Shown here one piece after another: positions 47,638-57,980 of a stretch of 64,000 nucleotides of DNA. The translations under genes and the position numbers were made by a program. Position 1 is the stretch's first letter; every line of letters starts with the position of its first letter. The notes beneath the pieces are model-generated. The model ran no database searches, was not told where the DNA came from, and saw only the letters and a list, made by a program, of their open reading frames with translations. Origin of the DNA: an uncultured Nitrososphaerota archaeon (lineage in GTDB: Archaea > Thermoproteota > Nitrososphaeria > Nitrososphaerales > Gagatemarchaeaceae); assembly GCA_963703285.1 (NCBI GenBank), contig OY969807.1:768001-832000 (forward strand). Direction: 5' to 3'.

Positions 47638-48913
47638 CACCGTCGTTACGGCGGGGCGGCTCGAGGGAAGCGTTAGGGTCCCTCCCAGCAAGAGCTACAC
47701 CCACAGGGCCGTCCTAATGGCCAGCCTCTCTGAGGACGAATCGACGATATCGAACGCGCTCGTCTCCAGGGACACGAAGGCGACCATCTCTGCCTGCAGG
47801 GCGATGGGCGCGGCCCTCGAACAGGACGGCTCCACGCTCCGCATCATGGGGACGGCGCCGAGGCTGCCCGAGGACGTGGTGAACGTCGAGAACTCCGGGA
47901 CGACACTCCGTTTCATGACGTCAGCCCTGGCCGCTGCGCCCGGCGGTCATGCCGTGCTCACCGGAGACTCGAGCATCAGGAGGAGGCCGATGCAGCCGCT
48001 CCTCGACACCCTAGGGGAGCTCGGCGTGGAGGCCTGGTCGACCAGGGGCAACGGGATGGCGCCGGTCGTTGTCAAGACCGGGGGCATCGTGGGAGGCAGG
48101 GCGACGATAAGGGGGGACGTCTCCTCACAGTTCGTCTCCTCCCTCCTCATCTCGACGCCGATGGCGAGCTCGGATACATCGATAGCCGTGGTCGACGCTG
48201 TCTCGAGGCCCTACATCGAGGCGACCCTTACGCTGTCTCGTCTCTTCGGGGTCAAGGTAGAGAGGGATGGGTACACCAGGTTCGACGTCGCGGCGGGACA
48301 GGCGTACAGGGGTCTCGAATTCACGGTGCCAGCCGACTTCAGCTCGGCCGCGTTCATCGTGGCGTCGATCGGGATAGCCGGCGGCAGGGTGACGCTGGAA
48401 GACCTGAACCCGCACCTTCCGCAGGGAGACTCCGCGATACTGGGCATAGCGGCCTCGATGGGACTGAAGGTGAGCTCGGCCGCGAACTCTGTGACGGTGG
48501 AGTCGGACGGCGGGAGGCTGAGGGGAGGGAGGTTCAACCTGGGCGACACGCCTGACCTGCTCCCCGTCGTTGTCGCCCTCGCGCTCAGGAGCGAGTCCGC
48601 CGTCGAGATAGTGGGGACGGCGCACGCAAGGTTCAAGGAGACCGACAGGATCGCCATCCTCGCCGCAGAACTCTCCAAGCTAGGAGCGAGAATCGAGGAG
48701 AGGCCCGACGGGATGGTGATATCCCCTGTGGACCATCTCCAACCGGCGGTCCTGGACGCGCACGACGACCACCGGATGTTCATGGCATTCGCGCTGGCTT
48801 CGATGATGATCCCGGGAGGGGCCCCCGTGATGGGGGCAGACAGCCTGGACGTTTCATACCCGAACTTCTTGGAGGACCTCGGCCGCCTGGGTGCCAAGGT
48901 GAGTGGCGCTTGA
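47630..48913 (+). CDS. aroA: EPSP synthase
   Basis: PPSKSYTHR, ENSGTTLRF, SSQFVSS, KETDRI, DDHRM. Confidence 0.97.
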   Translation: MSSTVVTAGRLEGSVRVPPSKSYTHRAVLMASLSEDESTISNALVSRDTKATISACRAMGAALEQDGSTLRIMGTAPRLPEDVVNVENSGTTLRFMTSALAAAPGGHAVLTGDSSIRRRPMQPLLDTLGELGVEAWSTRGNGMAPVVVKTGGIVGGRATIRGDVSSQFVSSLLISTPMASSDTSIAVVDAVSRPYIEATLTLSRLFGVKVERDGYTRFDVAAGQAYRGLEFTVPADFSSAAFIVASIGIAGGRVTLEDLNPHLPQGDSAILGIAASMGLKVSSAANSVTVESDGGRLRGGRFNLGDTPDLLPVVVALALRSESAVEIVGTAHARFKETDRIAILAAELSKLGARIEERPDGMVISPVDHLQPAVLDAHDDHRMFMAFALASMMIPGGAPVMGADSLDVSYPNFLEDLGRLGAKVSGA

Positions 48914-50016
48914 CAGGGAACATCGTCGGAGAGAGGTTCGTGCTGGCGAGCTTCGGAGAGAGCCACGGGAAGGTCATGGGCGCTGTGATCGACGGATGCC
49001 CGGCCGGGCTGGAGCTCTCTGAAGGAGACGTCCAGAAGGAGCTCGACCTGAGGAAGCCGGGTCAGTCGATCGTCACAACCCAGAGGAGGGAGGAGGACCT
49101 CGTCGAGATAATGAGTGGCACATTCAGGGGGTTCACCACTGGCGCACCCCTGATGATGCTGATCCGCAACAAGGACCAGGACTCGAGGCCCTACGAGGCC
49201 CTGCTCAACACCCCCCGGCCGGGGCACGCCGACGCGACTTCGAGGGAGAAGTACGGAGCCTTCAACGACTACAGGGGCGGAGGCAGGTTCTCGGGCAGGA
49301 TCACAGCCACCTTCGTGATGGGGGGCGCGGTGGCGAAGAAGCTCCTGCGGGAGACCCTCGGCGTCGAGATCATAGCCTACACCTCGGAGCTGGGGGGCAT
49401 CCGGGCCGGGGAGTTCACGCTCGACGACGCGAGGAGGAACCGCTATGCGAACGAAGTGAGGTCCCCTAACCCTGCGACGGCCGAGGAGATGAAGAAGAAG
49501 GTGGTCGAGATCAGGGGGAGGGGGGACAGCCTCGGCGGGGTAGTAGAGTGCGTCGCGCTGAACGTCCCACCCGGCCTCGGCGAACCTGTCTTCGGGTCGC
49601 TGGACTCCGACCTGGCCAGGATCGCGCTCTCCATCCCCGCGGTAAAGGGGGTCGAGTTCGGCGCGGGGTTCGCCTCGACGAGGTCTACGGGCACGCAGAA
49701 CAACGACCTCTTCAGGATTAGCGACGGCAGGCTCGTCTCCGACACGAACAACGCCGGAGGCATCCTCGGCGGCATATCCAGCGGGATGCCCATCGTCTAT
49801 CGCGTGGCGTTCAAGCCGGCGGCGTCGGTGGCATCGAAGCAACGGACGGCCGACACGTCGCGGAGGGAGCAGGTCGACCTCGTCGTCCCGGGAAGGCACG
49901 ACCCCACCGTCGTGCCGAGGGCCGTCCCGGTCGTGGAGAGCGTCACGGCGATGGTCCTGGCCGACCACGCAATCAGGGCGGGCTTTATTGCCCCGGTCCT
50001 GAAGAAGGTGGACTGA
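48910..50016 (+). CDS. aroC: Chorismate synthase
   Basis: FGESHG, PRPGHAD, GGRFSGR, NNAGGILGGIS, RHDP. Confidence 0.97.
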   Translation: MTGNIVGERFVLASFGESHGKVMGAVIDGCPAGLELSEGDVQKELDLRKPGQSIVTTQRREEDLVEIMSGTFRGFTTGAPLMMLIRNKDQDSRPYEALLNTPRPGHADATSREKYGAFNDYRGGGRFSGRITATFVMGGAVAKKLLRETLGVEIIAYTSELGGIRAGEFTLDDARRNRYANEVRSPNPATAEEMKKKVVEIRGRGDSLGGVVECVALNVPPGLGEPVFGSLDSDLARIALSIPAVKGVEFGAGFASTRSTGTQNNDLFRISDGRLVSDTNNAGGILGGISSGMPIVYRVAFKPAASVASKQRTADTSRREQVDLVVPGRHDPTVVPRAVPVVESVTAMVLADHAIRAGFIAPVLKKVD

Positions 50017-50017
50017 G

Positions 50018-51412
50018 ATGTCGTCTGAGAACGAGCTGCTCGCCCTGAGGGAGCAGGTCGCGGAGAGGACGAGGGAGATCATAGGGCTGATAGCGGCGAG
50101 GGACGCGCTCGCCAAGAAGATCGGGGACCTGAAGATGAGGGGGGCGCTCCCGGTCGAGGACGCCAAGGTCGAAGACGCCCTCGTCAGGCTGGTGATCCGC
50201 GAATGCGAGGAGAAGGGCGTGGACGTACAGACCGGCCTCAAAGTCCTGAGCGCCGTTCTCGCGGAGGGGAAGCGCGTCCAGGGTTACCGCGTGGAAAAGC
50301 CGCTCATAACGCCGGTGGTGATGAGCGCAAAAGCCCGCGAGCTCGAGGCGGGCGGCAGGAAGCTCATCAGGCTAGACGTCGGCGAGCCGGACTTCCACCC
50401 GCCGAAGGCGGTGGTGGAAGCGACGTCTCAGGCGCTCTACGGCTTCAAGACCCACTACACCAGCACCCGGGGAATTCCAGACCTCATCTCGGCGGTGAGG
50501 CGATACCTTGACAGGAAGAGCGGCTTCACAGCCACGGACGGCGAGGTGATGGTGACCCCCGGGGGGAGGTTCGGGGTCTACGCCGCCATCTCGACGACGG
50601 TCAAGGAGGGCGAGAGTGCAATCGTGATAGAGCCCAACTGGCCGACGTACAAGGAGGCGCTCCAGTTCATCGGAGCGCGGCCAATCTCCATACGCACCTC
50701 ATTGGAGGAGGGATGGGAGCCGTCGGTCGAGAAGATACACGACGCAATCAGACCGAACACGAGGGCCATCGTACTGAGCTACCCGGCGAACCCGACTGGG
50801 AAAATAATCTCCCCCGGGAAGTTCGCGGAGATAGTCGAGGTCGCAAACGAGCACGGGCTCACCGTGATCAGCGACGAAATCTACACGGACTACGCCTACT
50901 CAGAGTGCCCGAGCATCCTCCGGTCGGAGGCGCGGAGCTTCATCTTGACCGCCTCGTTCTCGAAGACCTGGGCGATGACAGGCTTCAGGGTCGGGTACTG
51001 CGTCTCCTCGGAGGAGAAGGTGTCGAAGATGGCCAAGGTCCAGTCGCTCGTGCTCACTTCGGTCCCTGAGTTCATCCAGTACGGCGCGATAAAGGCGCTT
51101 GACAGTAACGCGGAGGTCTCACAGAACGCGGCCGCCATGAAGGAGAGGATAGAAGTTGCAAGCCGCGAGCTCGAGCGTCTCGAGGCGCTGCGGTACGTTA
51201 AGCCCGACGGGGCGATGTACATCTTCCCCCAGGCAACGAAGGGGGACTTCGACTCGACGTCGTTCGCCATGAAGCTCCTCGAGGAGAAGGGCGTCACCAT
51301 CACGCCCGGGACGGGCTTCGGAGACTACCCGCGGTGCTTCAGGATCTCGCTAGGTCAGTCCAAAGAGACGATAGTGGAAGGGATTAGGCGGATAGGCGAG
51401 TCGCTGGCTTGA
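50018..51412 (+). CDS. Chorismate mutase (AroQ-like) fused to class I/II aminotransferase
   Basis: N-terminal LREQV..I..LIAAR..LA.KIG.LK...P..D..VE; then VGEPDF, YPANPTG, SDEIY, SFSKTWAMTGFRVG. Confidence 0.9.
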   Translation: MSSENELLALREQVAERTREIIGLIAARDALAKKIGDLKMRGALPVEDAKVEDALVRLVIRECEEKGVDVQTGLKVLSAVLAEGKRVQGYRVEKPLITPVVMSAKARELEAGGRKLIRLDVGEPDFHPPKAVVEATSQALYGFKTHYTSTRGIPDLISAVRRYLDRKSGFTATDGEVMVTPGGRFGVYAAISTTVKEGESAIVIEPNWPTYKEALQFIGARPISIRTSLEEGWEPSVEKIHDAIRPNTRAIVLSYPANPTGKIISPGKFAEIVEVANEHGLTVISDEIYTDYAYSECPSILRSEARSFILTASFSKTWAMTGFRVGYCVSSEEKVSKMAKVQSLVLTSVPEFIQYGAIKALDSNAEVSQNAAAMKERIEVASRELERLEALRYVKPDGAMYIFPQATKGDFDSTSFAMKLLEEKGVTITPGTGFGDYPRCFRISLGQSKETIVEGIRRIGESLA

Positions 51413-52257
51413 AGGTGGCCGTCCTAGGGTCGTCCGGGGGGATGGGTGGCTTCTTTGCGCGCTACTTCCTCTCCCGGGGTCTCTCGGTGGTCGGTTCCGA
51501 CACGAAAAGGCGGATGATTAGGAACCCCAGGTTCAGTTTCGTAGCGTCGAACTCCCGGGCCGTAGATGGCGCCGAGGTCGTCATAGTCGCCACCCCCATC
51601 GACAGCACGGTAGAGACCGTCACGGAGGTCGCGGGTGCCCTGGAGCCCGGGGCGGTCGTCGTAGAGATGATGTCCGTCAAGGGAAAGGTCATTGGGACGC
51701 TGGGGAAGATTACCAGAGAGCGCGGGGCCAAGCTCCTCTCAATCCATCCGCTCTTCGGACCGTCGCTCGGGTCACGGGCAAAGATGAGGATAGGAGTCAT
51801 CAGGACGGACGGGACGGCGGTCGAGAGAGCTCGCGAGCTGTTCCCCGAGGCCGAGCTAATCCCCATGGGGTCGCTGGAACACGACAGGCTCATGGCTGTG
51901 ATCCTCTCGCTCACCCATCTCGTCAACGTGGCATTCGCCGGGACGGCGGCGAGGTATCTCGAGCCCGCGGAGTTCAGGAGACTCCAGACGCCCACCTCTG
52001 CAGCTCAGTTGACCATCGCAGAGTCCGTCCTATCCCACAGCCCGAGCCTCTACTCGTACATCCAGGTGGAGAACGGCAGCTCCTTCGAGGTCGTGGGGGC
52101 TATGATAGAGGAGCTCGTCGCTCTTCAGGGACTGGTGAAGGCGAAGGACAGGAAGGGCTTCGAGAAGCGTTTCACAGAGCTTTCCAGGGCGTACGCGGGA
52201 GACTCCAGCGCGGCGGTCGAGTTCGTCTATCGGTCGTTCGAGGGTTCGTCTCCCTAG
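51409..52257 (+). CDS. tyrA: Prephenate/arogenate dehydrogenase
   Basis: GSSGGMG, SVK, SIHPLFGP, EHDRLMA..LTH. Confidence 0.92.
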   Translation: MKVAVLGSSGGMGGFFARYFLSRGLSVVGSDTKRRMIRNPRFSFVASNSRAVDGAEVVIVATPIDSTVETVTEVAGALEPGAVVVEMMSVKGKVIGTLGKITRERGAKLLSIHPLFGPSLGSRAKMRIGVIRTDGTAVERARELFPEAELIPMGSLEHDRLMAVILSLTHLVNVAFAGTAARYLEPAEFRRLQTPTSAAQLTIAESVLSHSPSLYSYIQVENGSSFEVVGAMIEELVALQGLVKAKDRKGFEKRFTELSRAYAGDSSAAVEFVYRSFEGSSP

Positions 52258-53183
52258 TAGTAAACAAGGAGGAATCCGAGCGCGAAGGCCGCGACGGGAA
52301 CAACGACCCAGCCCCCTATAGACTCAAGAGCCACCCTACCATTCACCACCGAGATCTGTTTGGCGAACGCCGCGCCGAACATTCCCCCGAGGAGGCACTG
52401 GCTGATCGAGACGGGGATGGCCAGCTGGGTTCCCAGCCATATCAGTACGGCGCTGCCGAGGAAGGTCGCGATGACACCGAAGGGGCTGAGCGCGAGCAGC
52501 TTGTCGCCGACCGTCCCAGAGACGCCGGTCCTGCCGAGGACCAGCATACCGAGGATGGCGAAGAGGGTCACCAGGACCAGCTGCCATTCGAACGATTTCC
52601 CGCCGTTGACCACGGTACCGTATATCAGACCGATGTTGTTCGCGCCGAGGACGTAGGCGATTATCAGGGACGTCACTATCACTCCGTAGCGGCTTGCGCC
52701 GTCGAGGGCCAGAAGGCTCAGCCGCGGGGCGAGGGCGAGGATCGACCTGTAGAGGGCGTAGGCGACCACGGCGGTGAGCAGAGGGGCTAGGAACCAGAAG
52801 CCGACCATCTCCTCCAAGCGGGGCCCGTTGAGCGGCAGCGAAGAGGCATAGGCGGCCCCCGCGAAGGCGCCCACCACGGCCATGCTGAACGAGACGGGCA
52901 ACTTGGCCAGTGAGAGCCCGACGGTCAGGGCCAGCGAGACTACGAGCGCCACCTCCGCCACCTGGGTTCCCGCGGCGGGCGTGATGCTCCCGCTGAGGCT
53001 CTTGAGCATCTGCGTCCCCTCGAGGAGAACGCCCAGAAGGAGCCCGGCGGAGGAGACCAGGAGCGCCTCTCGCAGGGTCAGGGAGCCCGAACCTTCGCCG
53101 TTGCCTATGAGGAAGGAGCTGTTGTTCCATCCGAAGACGAAGGCCAGGGCGGCTCCGAGGGCCAGGATATCCTCGCTAGCCAT
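52254..53183 (-). CDS. PiT-family inorganic phosphate transporter
   Basis: GWNNS and GANNI signature pair, PVS motifs, multiple TMs. Confidence 0.9.
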   Translation of the reverse strand: MASEDILALGAALAFVFGWNNSSFLIGNGEGSGSLTLREALLVSSAGLLLGVLLEGTQMLKSLSGSITPAAGTQVAEVALVVSLALTVGLSLAKLPVSFSMAVVGAFAGAAYASSLPLNGPRLEEMVGFWFLAPLLTAVVAYALYRSILALAPRLSLLALDGASRYGVIVTSLIIAYVLGANNIGLIYGTVVNGGKSFEWQLVLVTLFAILGMLVLGRTGVSGTVGDKLLALSPFGVIATFLGSAVLIWLGTQLAIPVSISQCLLGGMFGAAFAKQISVVNGRVALESIGGWVVVPVAAFALGFLLVYY

Positions 53184-53859
53184 ATCCTTTCGCGACCAAG
53201 ACCAGGACGAGGTCGCTCGCTTTCTCGGCGTTGTCCGCTATGTCGTCGGAGGCGAAGATGAAGTCACGCAGCTCGATGATTGTGACCGGGTCCAACGACC
53301 TGGGCCTTTTGAAGAGCTGCGTCAGGAGGAGGTTCTTCTCTGTGTCGGCTTGCTCTTCGCAGTCCTCCACGGCGTGCACCCTCGAGAGCGCCGCGTCCTT
53401 GTCAATCTGAAGCGTCTGTATGAGCGACTCGAGGGACGTTACGGCCGCGAGAAGCTTCTCCTGGAATCCCGACATGTGGTCACTCTTCAGGAGGTTCCGA
53501 AAGGCCTCGTCCTCCTCGGCTCCTATCGATAGGAGCCTGGCAGCGTCCTTTGCCGCGTCGGCTATGTCGTCGTCGGCCTCGATTAGGGTGAGGATGTCCT
53601 CCCTGACGCCGCCGAAGAAGGCGCCTTCAGCGATTCTTTTCTTGAGATCCCTCTTTGTCCCGTCTGCCTCCGTCTCTAGGTTGAAGACCTCGTCGAGGTA
53701 CTTGCGCGCATCTTGCTGCCCCGTCGCATAGGCGGAGACCATCTTCTGGTAGGTCGTGACGCACTGCTTGACCGTGGAGAGGTGCCCCTGCAGGCCGTCG
53801 AGGATCGAACTCTCCCTCCCTCCCAGCGAGAACGATGGGAAGCGAGCCAATGTCTTCAT
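53176..53859 (-). CDS. DUF47/PhoU-like phosphate transport regulator
   Basis: ETEAD..K, REDI, DDIADAAKD, DDIADNAE repeats; adjacent to PiT. Confidence 0.9.
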   Translation of the reverse strand: MKTLARFPSFSLGGRESSILDGLQGHLSTVKQCVTTYQKMVSAYATGQQDARKYLDEVFNLETEADGTKRDLKKRIAEGAFFGGVREDILTLIEADDDIADAAKDAARLLSIGAEEDEAFRNLLKSDHMSGFQEKLLAAVTSLESLIQTLQIDKDAALSRVHAVEDCEEQADTEKNLLLTQLFKRPRSLDPVTIIELRDFIFASDDIADNAEKASDLVLVLVAKGYG

Positions 53860-53940
53860 CCGGCGAACCTCGCGGTAATTAAATCTCGTCCGAGAGGTGT
53901 GTTACAGCAATCTCGCTGCAGGCGCTGGGCTGGTTTGAAA

Positions 53941-54735
53941 TCATGCGGAATGCGAGAGGTTGTCCTTGCGGCCACCGTCGACGGTCAGCGTCTGGCCCGT
54001 GATGAACGATGCTCCATCAGACGCCAGGAAGAGGATCACCTCGGCTATCTCCTCCGGCATGGCGATCCTCCTGAGCGCGCTGTTCGCGGCCGTGGCTTCG
54101 GCCCTGCTTTCGAAGTCCTTCCCGAGGGAGAGCGTAAAGTCCGTCTTCACAAAGCCAGGGGCTATCGCGTTGACTGTTATCCCGTAGGGACCCAGCTCCT
54201 GGGCGAACCTCTTCGTCATTATCACGATCGCGCCCTTGCTGATGGCGTACAGCGTGGAGTTCAGGGAGCCAGTTCCCAGCGCGGAGTTGCTCGCGACGTT
54301 TACGATTCTTCCGTACTTGTTCTGGACCATGCTCTTGGCCGCGTCCACGGTCGCAAAGAAAGTCCCCATGGTGTGCACGTCCATCATCTCCTTGAACTGG
54401 CGCTCGTCCTGCATGTTCATGGCGTCGGTGCGGTGCATCATTCCCGCGTTGTTGACCAGGATATCGATTCTGCCGAAGGTCGAGATCGCTTCATCTATCA
54501 TGCGCTTCACCTGCGACCTGTCGCCGACGTCGGCCCGAATTGCCCTCGCCTCGCCCCCTTGCGACTTGATCTTGGACACGACTTCGTCGGCCGCTGACCT
54601 CGCCTTTGCGTAGTTGACACAAACTCTTGCCCCCTCCCGGGCCAGTGCCAGAGAGGTTGCCCTGCCGATACCGCGAGATCCTCCTGTAACGAGCGCTATC
54701 CTGCCCTTGACCCTGTCAACCATGGGCGGAAGCAA
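53941..54735 (-). CDS. SDR family oxidoreductase
   Basis: TGGSRGIG, NNAG, YAISK, ITGQTLTVDGG. Confidence 0.95.
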   Translation of the reverse strand: MLPPMVDRVKGRIALVTGGSRGIGRATSLALAREGARVCVNYAKARSAADEVVSKIKSQGGEARAIRADVGDRSQVKRMIDEAISTFGRIDILVNNAGMMHRTDAMNMQDERQFKEMMDVHTMGTFFATVDAAKSMVQNKYGRIVNVASNSALGTGSLNSTLYAISKGAIVIMTKRFAQELGPYGITVNAIAPGFVKTDFTLSLGKDFESRAEATAANSALRRIAMPEEIAEVILFLASDGASFITGQTLTVDGGRKDNLSHSA

Positions 54736-54840
54736 CCCGCTATCCGTATTTCACCTTTGAGCCGACCGCAGAGGAGCATCGCCGCAGCGTGGGGCCAGAG
54801 CGGGACGCTGTCCGTATGTCCTTGAAGTGTGTCGTCCGCG

Positions 54841-56481
54841 CTACTCGGGCGGAATCTCGTTGAAGAGCATGCCGATGTTGATTCCCTTGGACTTCTGGTA
54901 CTGGTTCATGATGACATAGTAGATGATTCCTCCTGCGAGGATCCCGAAGACGACGGATATCGGGACGATGGACGACGGCGTCAGGGACAGGCCGACCCCC
55001 GGTATCGCGAAGAACGCGTAGAGGAAGAGGACCTGCACGAAGAGCGTGATCGCGCCTGTTATCACTATCGCCGGGAGACCACCGATCCTCCACTTGGCGC
55101 CAGGAGACTGCTCGAACATCTGCTTCTTGGTGTAGGGGAACACCATCGCAGCCAAGCCGGTGGTTGCGAAGTTGAATATCTGGGCGACCGTCGCGGCGAT
55201 GAGAGCCGTAGCAATTCCCACGAAGGCGACAAGCGCTCCGAAGCCCACCGCTCCGACCAAGAAGAAGAAGATCAGCGAGAGGTACGGGGTGTGGAAGCGC
55301 TCGTCTACGTCCCCGAACTTGGCTGGAAGGATTCTATCGAAGGCCAGCGCAAGCGCCAGCCTAGAGTAGCCCAGGGAGTTGTTCGTCGCCCACTGGAGTG
55401 CCCAGCAGATCATCCCACCGTTGATGAGTATCAGTAGCGGGACGTTGTTGGTCAGCGTGCTCACTAGGAAGGTGTAGAACGCAGAGACGGGCAGCGGGTA
55501 CTTCGACGGGTCGTTGAAGGCCAGGTACCCGATCGAGGTCAGGAAGTTGGAGCCCATGGTGTTAACCAGGAGCGCGCCGATGACTATCGCGAAGATGCCG
55601 GTGAAGAGTGTCGCTCCCATGAAGACATAGGAGTACGTCTTGAGGTTGTTGGCCTTCTTTAGCTCCCCCATGTTGGCTATGATTCCATGCCCCCAGATCA
55701 GGCCGAACGAGACGAAGGCCATGAGTCCGAGCGTCCCGTACCAACTGAACGACGTGTTTATGCCGATGGCGGATACCTCCGATATTATCGTGTGGTAAGC
55801 GTCGGCGGTTCCGAAGTACGGGGCGGAGAAGGTATTGAACTTGCTGATGAACGTCGCCTGGGAGGTCGTCGCGAGGATGGCGACGATGGCGACGACCTGC
55901 GCCATGCCCACTACGAAGAGGATTCTCTGGAACTTCTCCATGTAGAACTTGATTCCGAGGGCGACGATGGAGATGCAGGCGGCGGACAAGAGAATTATCA
56001 CCACGTACGTCCCGATCGGCGTGCCGAGCCACGTGGCAAAGCTCACCAACGAGTGGGTGCCCGTGACGGTACCGAGCATGACCATAAGGGGCGCGAGCGC
56101 GATGCTAGCGAACATGATACCGTTGAGCGCCTGATATATCGTGCCCTGCCACATTATGTTGTAGCTGATTTGGTTCCCCACGGCCCAGGGGGCAAACGAG
56201 CTGAGCGACCTTGCCTGGAAGACGTATTCAGCCCCGCTGCGCGGCATGGCGCTCCCCATCTGAGAGTAGGTAAGGTCCTTGAAGAGAGCAAGAATGACGA
56301 AAAGGCCGATGGCGAGGGGGATCGAGCCCCCGGGAAAGAGGGCCGGGCCTAGCGTGTAGGTCGTGGCTATCCCGGTGCCGAGGCTTATCGCCATGACACC
56401 AAAAACCCAAGCGTCTATCGCCTTTACTTCTCTGACGAGGCCGGTCGCCTCCCTGATGAAGGTTCCCTTCTGGGCCGTCAA
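54841..56481 (-). CDS. APC-family amino acid/amine permease
   Basis: FIREATGLVRE, MPRSGAEY, AFDRILP, EIPPE terminus; about 12 TMs. Confidence 0.92.
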   Translation of the reverse strand: MTAQKGTFIREATGLVREVKAIDAWVFGVMAISLGTGIATTYTLGPALFPGGSIPLAIGLFVILALFKDLTYSQMGSAMPRSGAEYVFQARSLSSFAPWAVGNQISYNIMWQGTIYQALNGIMFASIALAPLMVMLGTVTGTHSLVSFATWLGTPIGTYVVIILLSAACISIVALGIKFYMEKFQRILFVVGMAQVVAIVAILATTSQATFISKFNTFSAPYFGTADAYHTIISEVSAIGINTSFSWYGTLGLMAFVSFGLIWGHGIIANMGELKKANNLKTYSYVFMGATLFTGIFAIVIGALLVNTMGSNFLTSIGYLAFNDPSKYPLPVSAFYTFLVSTLTNNVPLLILINGGMICWALQWATNNSLGYSRLALALAFDRILPAKFGDVDERFHTPYLSLIFFFLVGAVGFGALVAFVGIATALIAATVAQIFNFATTGLAAMVFPYTKKQMFEQSPGAKWRIGGLPAIVITGAITLFVQVLFLYAFFAIPGVGLSLTPSSIVPISVVFGILAGGIIYYVIMNQYQKSKGINIGMLFNEIPPE

Positions 56482-56588
56482 CCAAGTGGTTTGTGTCGCG
56501 TATCGCGTATTAATATGTTTATGAATGCGCTATAACTGAGAATTCCTTCAAGAATCAACCCCGTCGCCATTCTATCTCGCGAGTCGGG

Positions 56589-56951
56589 TCAGGGCAACAG
56601 ACGCGCGATCCTGAAGTAGAGCTTAGCGAGAAGCAGCGTCACCCGCCTCCGGACCCGCTCGACGTAGTCACTCGTGCTGTAGATCGATTGAATCTGCTGC
56701 ATCCTCTCGTCGTAAAGCAGGGTGAGGGCCCGTTCCTGCGCCTTTCGCTTTACGGGAAACGCAACGGAGCTGTCGCGTGCGCTCGACTGGAACCAGCGAC
56801 AACAGATTGGGCAGTAGTAGAAGTCCCAGAACTCAGTCTGGTACAGAAGCTCAGCCGTCGAGTTCAGGCTCGAGTTGCAGACGATGCACGGTCGCTGGAG
56901 GGGAGGCTTCTGAGGCCCGCCAGTATTTTCCCCATTGTTGTTGTTCGACAT
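56589..56951 (-). CDS. Hypothetical zinc-ribbon protein
   Basis: CIVC...CPIC. Confidence 0.55.
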   Translation of the reverse strand: MSNNNNGENTGGPQKPPLQRPCIVCNSSLNSTAELLYQTEFWDFYYCPICCRWFQSSARDSSVAFPVKRKAQERALTLLYDERMQQIQSIYSTSDYVERVRRRVTLLLAKLYFRIARLLP

Positions 56952-57068
56952 TCGAGATCTCGCGCCCAGGCGGCTCTTCGCAGAGAGCCAAGCTTTTCTG
57001 ACGCCTTTCGTATATAGTCGTTTCCGCGGCTGGACGGTCATCAGCCACGGAAGAGCGAATGCGGGTCT

Positions 57069-57848
57069 CTAGTGGGTGATCTCGTGGGTTATTGAGTACC
57101 CGCCGTCGACCGGTATGCTGGCACCGGTGACGAAGGATGCGTCGTCTGACAGCAGGAACAGAGCCACCTTGACTATCTCCTCCGGCTGGGCTAGCCTGCC
57201 GATGGGGTGGACGCTCGTCATGTGCTTCATCGCTGCGTCCTTGTTGCCGAGGTCCTCGGCGGCCTTGAGCGTCAGAGGCGTCAGAACGGTGCCGGGAAGT
57301 ATCGTGTTGACCCGAACTCCGTACTTGGCGAAGTCGACCGCCATCGACTTGGTCAGGCCGACGACGCCACCCTTGGAGGCCACGTAGGCGGCTTCCCTGA
57401 ACCACGTCAGCGTGAAGTCCCCGGAGGACGTGTTCACGATCGCGCCCTTGCTCTTGATCAGCTCGGGGAGCGCAGCCTTCGAGACGAGGAACATCCCCTT
57501 GAGGTTGATGTTGAGCGTCCTGTCCCATACCTCAATCGAGGTCTCCAGGACGTCGCCGATCGGGTTGATGCCCGCGTTGTTGTAGAGGCCGTCTATCCTG
57601 CCGAACGCCCTGACCGCCTCCCTCGCCAGGTTCTCGGCGTCTTCGGGTCTGGAGATATCGCACTTCACGAATATCGCTTCGCCACCGGAGGACCTTATCT
57701 CCTCGACCGTCTTGTTGCCATCGACCTCGTTGATGTCGGCGCCGACGACCTTGGCACCCTCCTTCGCGAAGAGGATGGCTGCCGCCCTGCCCATTCCCGA
57801 GGAAGCGCCGGTTATGATTTCTACCTTCCCAGAAAGCCTGCCCTGCAT
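57069..57848 (-). CDS. SDR family oxidoreductase
   Basis: TGASSGMG, NNAG, YVASK, VDGG. Confidence 0.95.
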   Translation of the reverse strand: MQGRLSGKVEIITGASSGMGRAAAILFAKEGAKVVGADINEVDGNKTVEEIRSSGGEAIFVKCDISRPEDAENLAREAVRAFGRIDGLYNNAGINPIGDVLETSIEVWDRTLNINLKGMFLVSKAALPELIKSKGAIVNTSSGDFTLTWFREAAYVASKGGVVGLTKSMAVDFAKYGVRVNTILPGTVLTPLTLKAAEDLGNKDAAMKHMTSVHPIGRLAQPEEIVKVALFLLSDDASFVTGASIPVDGGYSITHEITH

Positions 57849-57980
57849 ATCAGCGCCGGCGGTGGCTCATTCCTTGATAAGCATTCCTGACTTCGCGTAC
57901 CCCGATCCGAACTAGTGCAAAGAAGGAACCCACAGCCCCGGGAAGATTTTTATCGTCACGGGGAACGATTCAAAAGGCGT

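Noticed and set aside
42073-50241. Long antisense ORFs (42073-43791, 48211-50241; likewise 13839-15041, 31559-32893, 61510-62652)
   Set aside because: Shadow frames of well-supported genes, expected at high GC.
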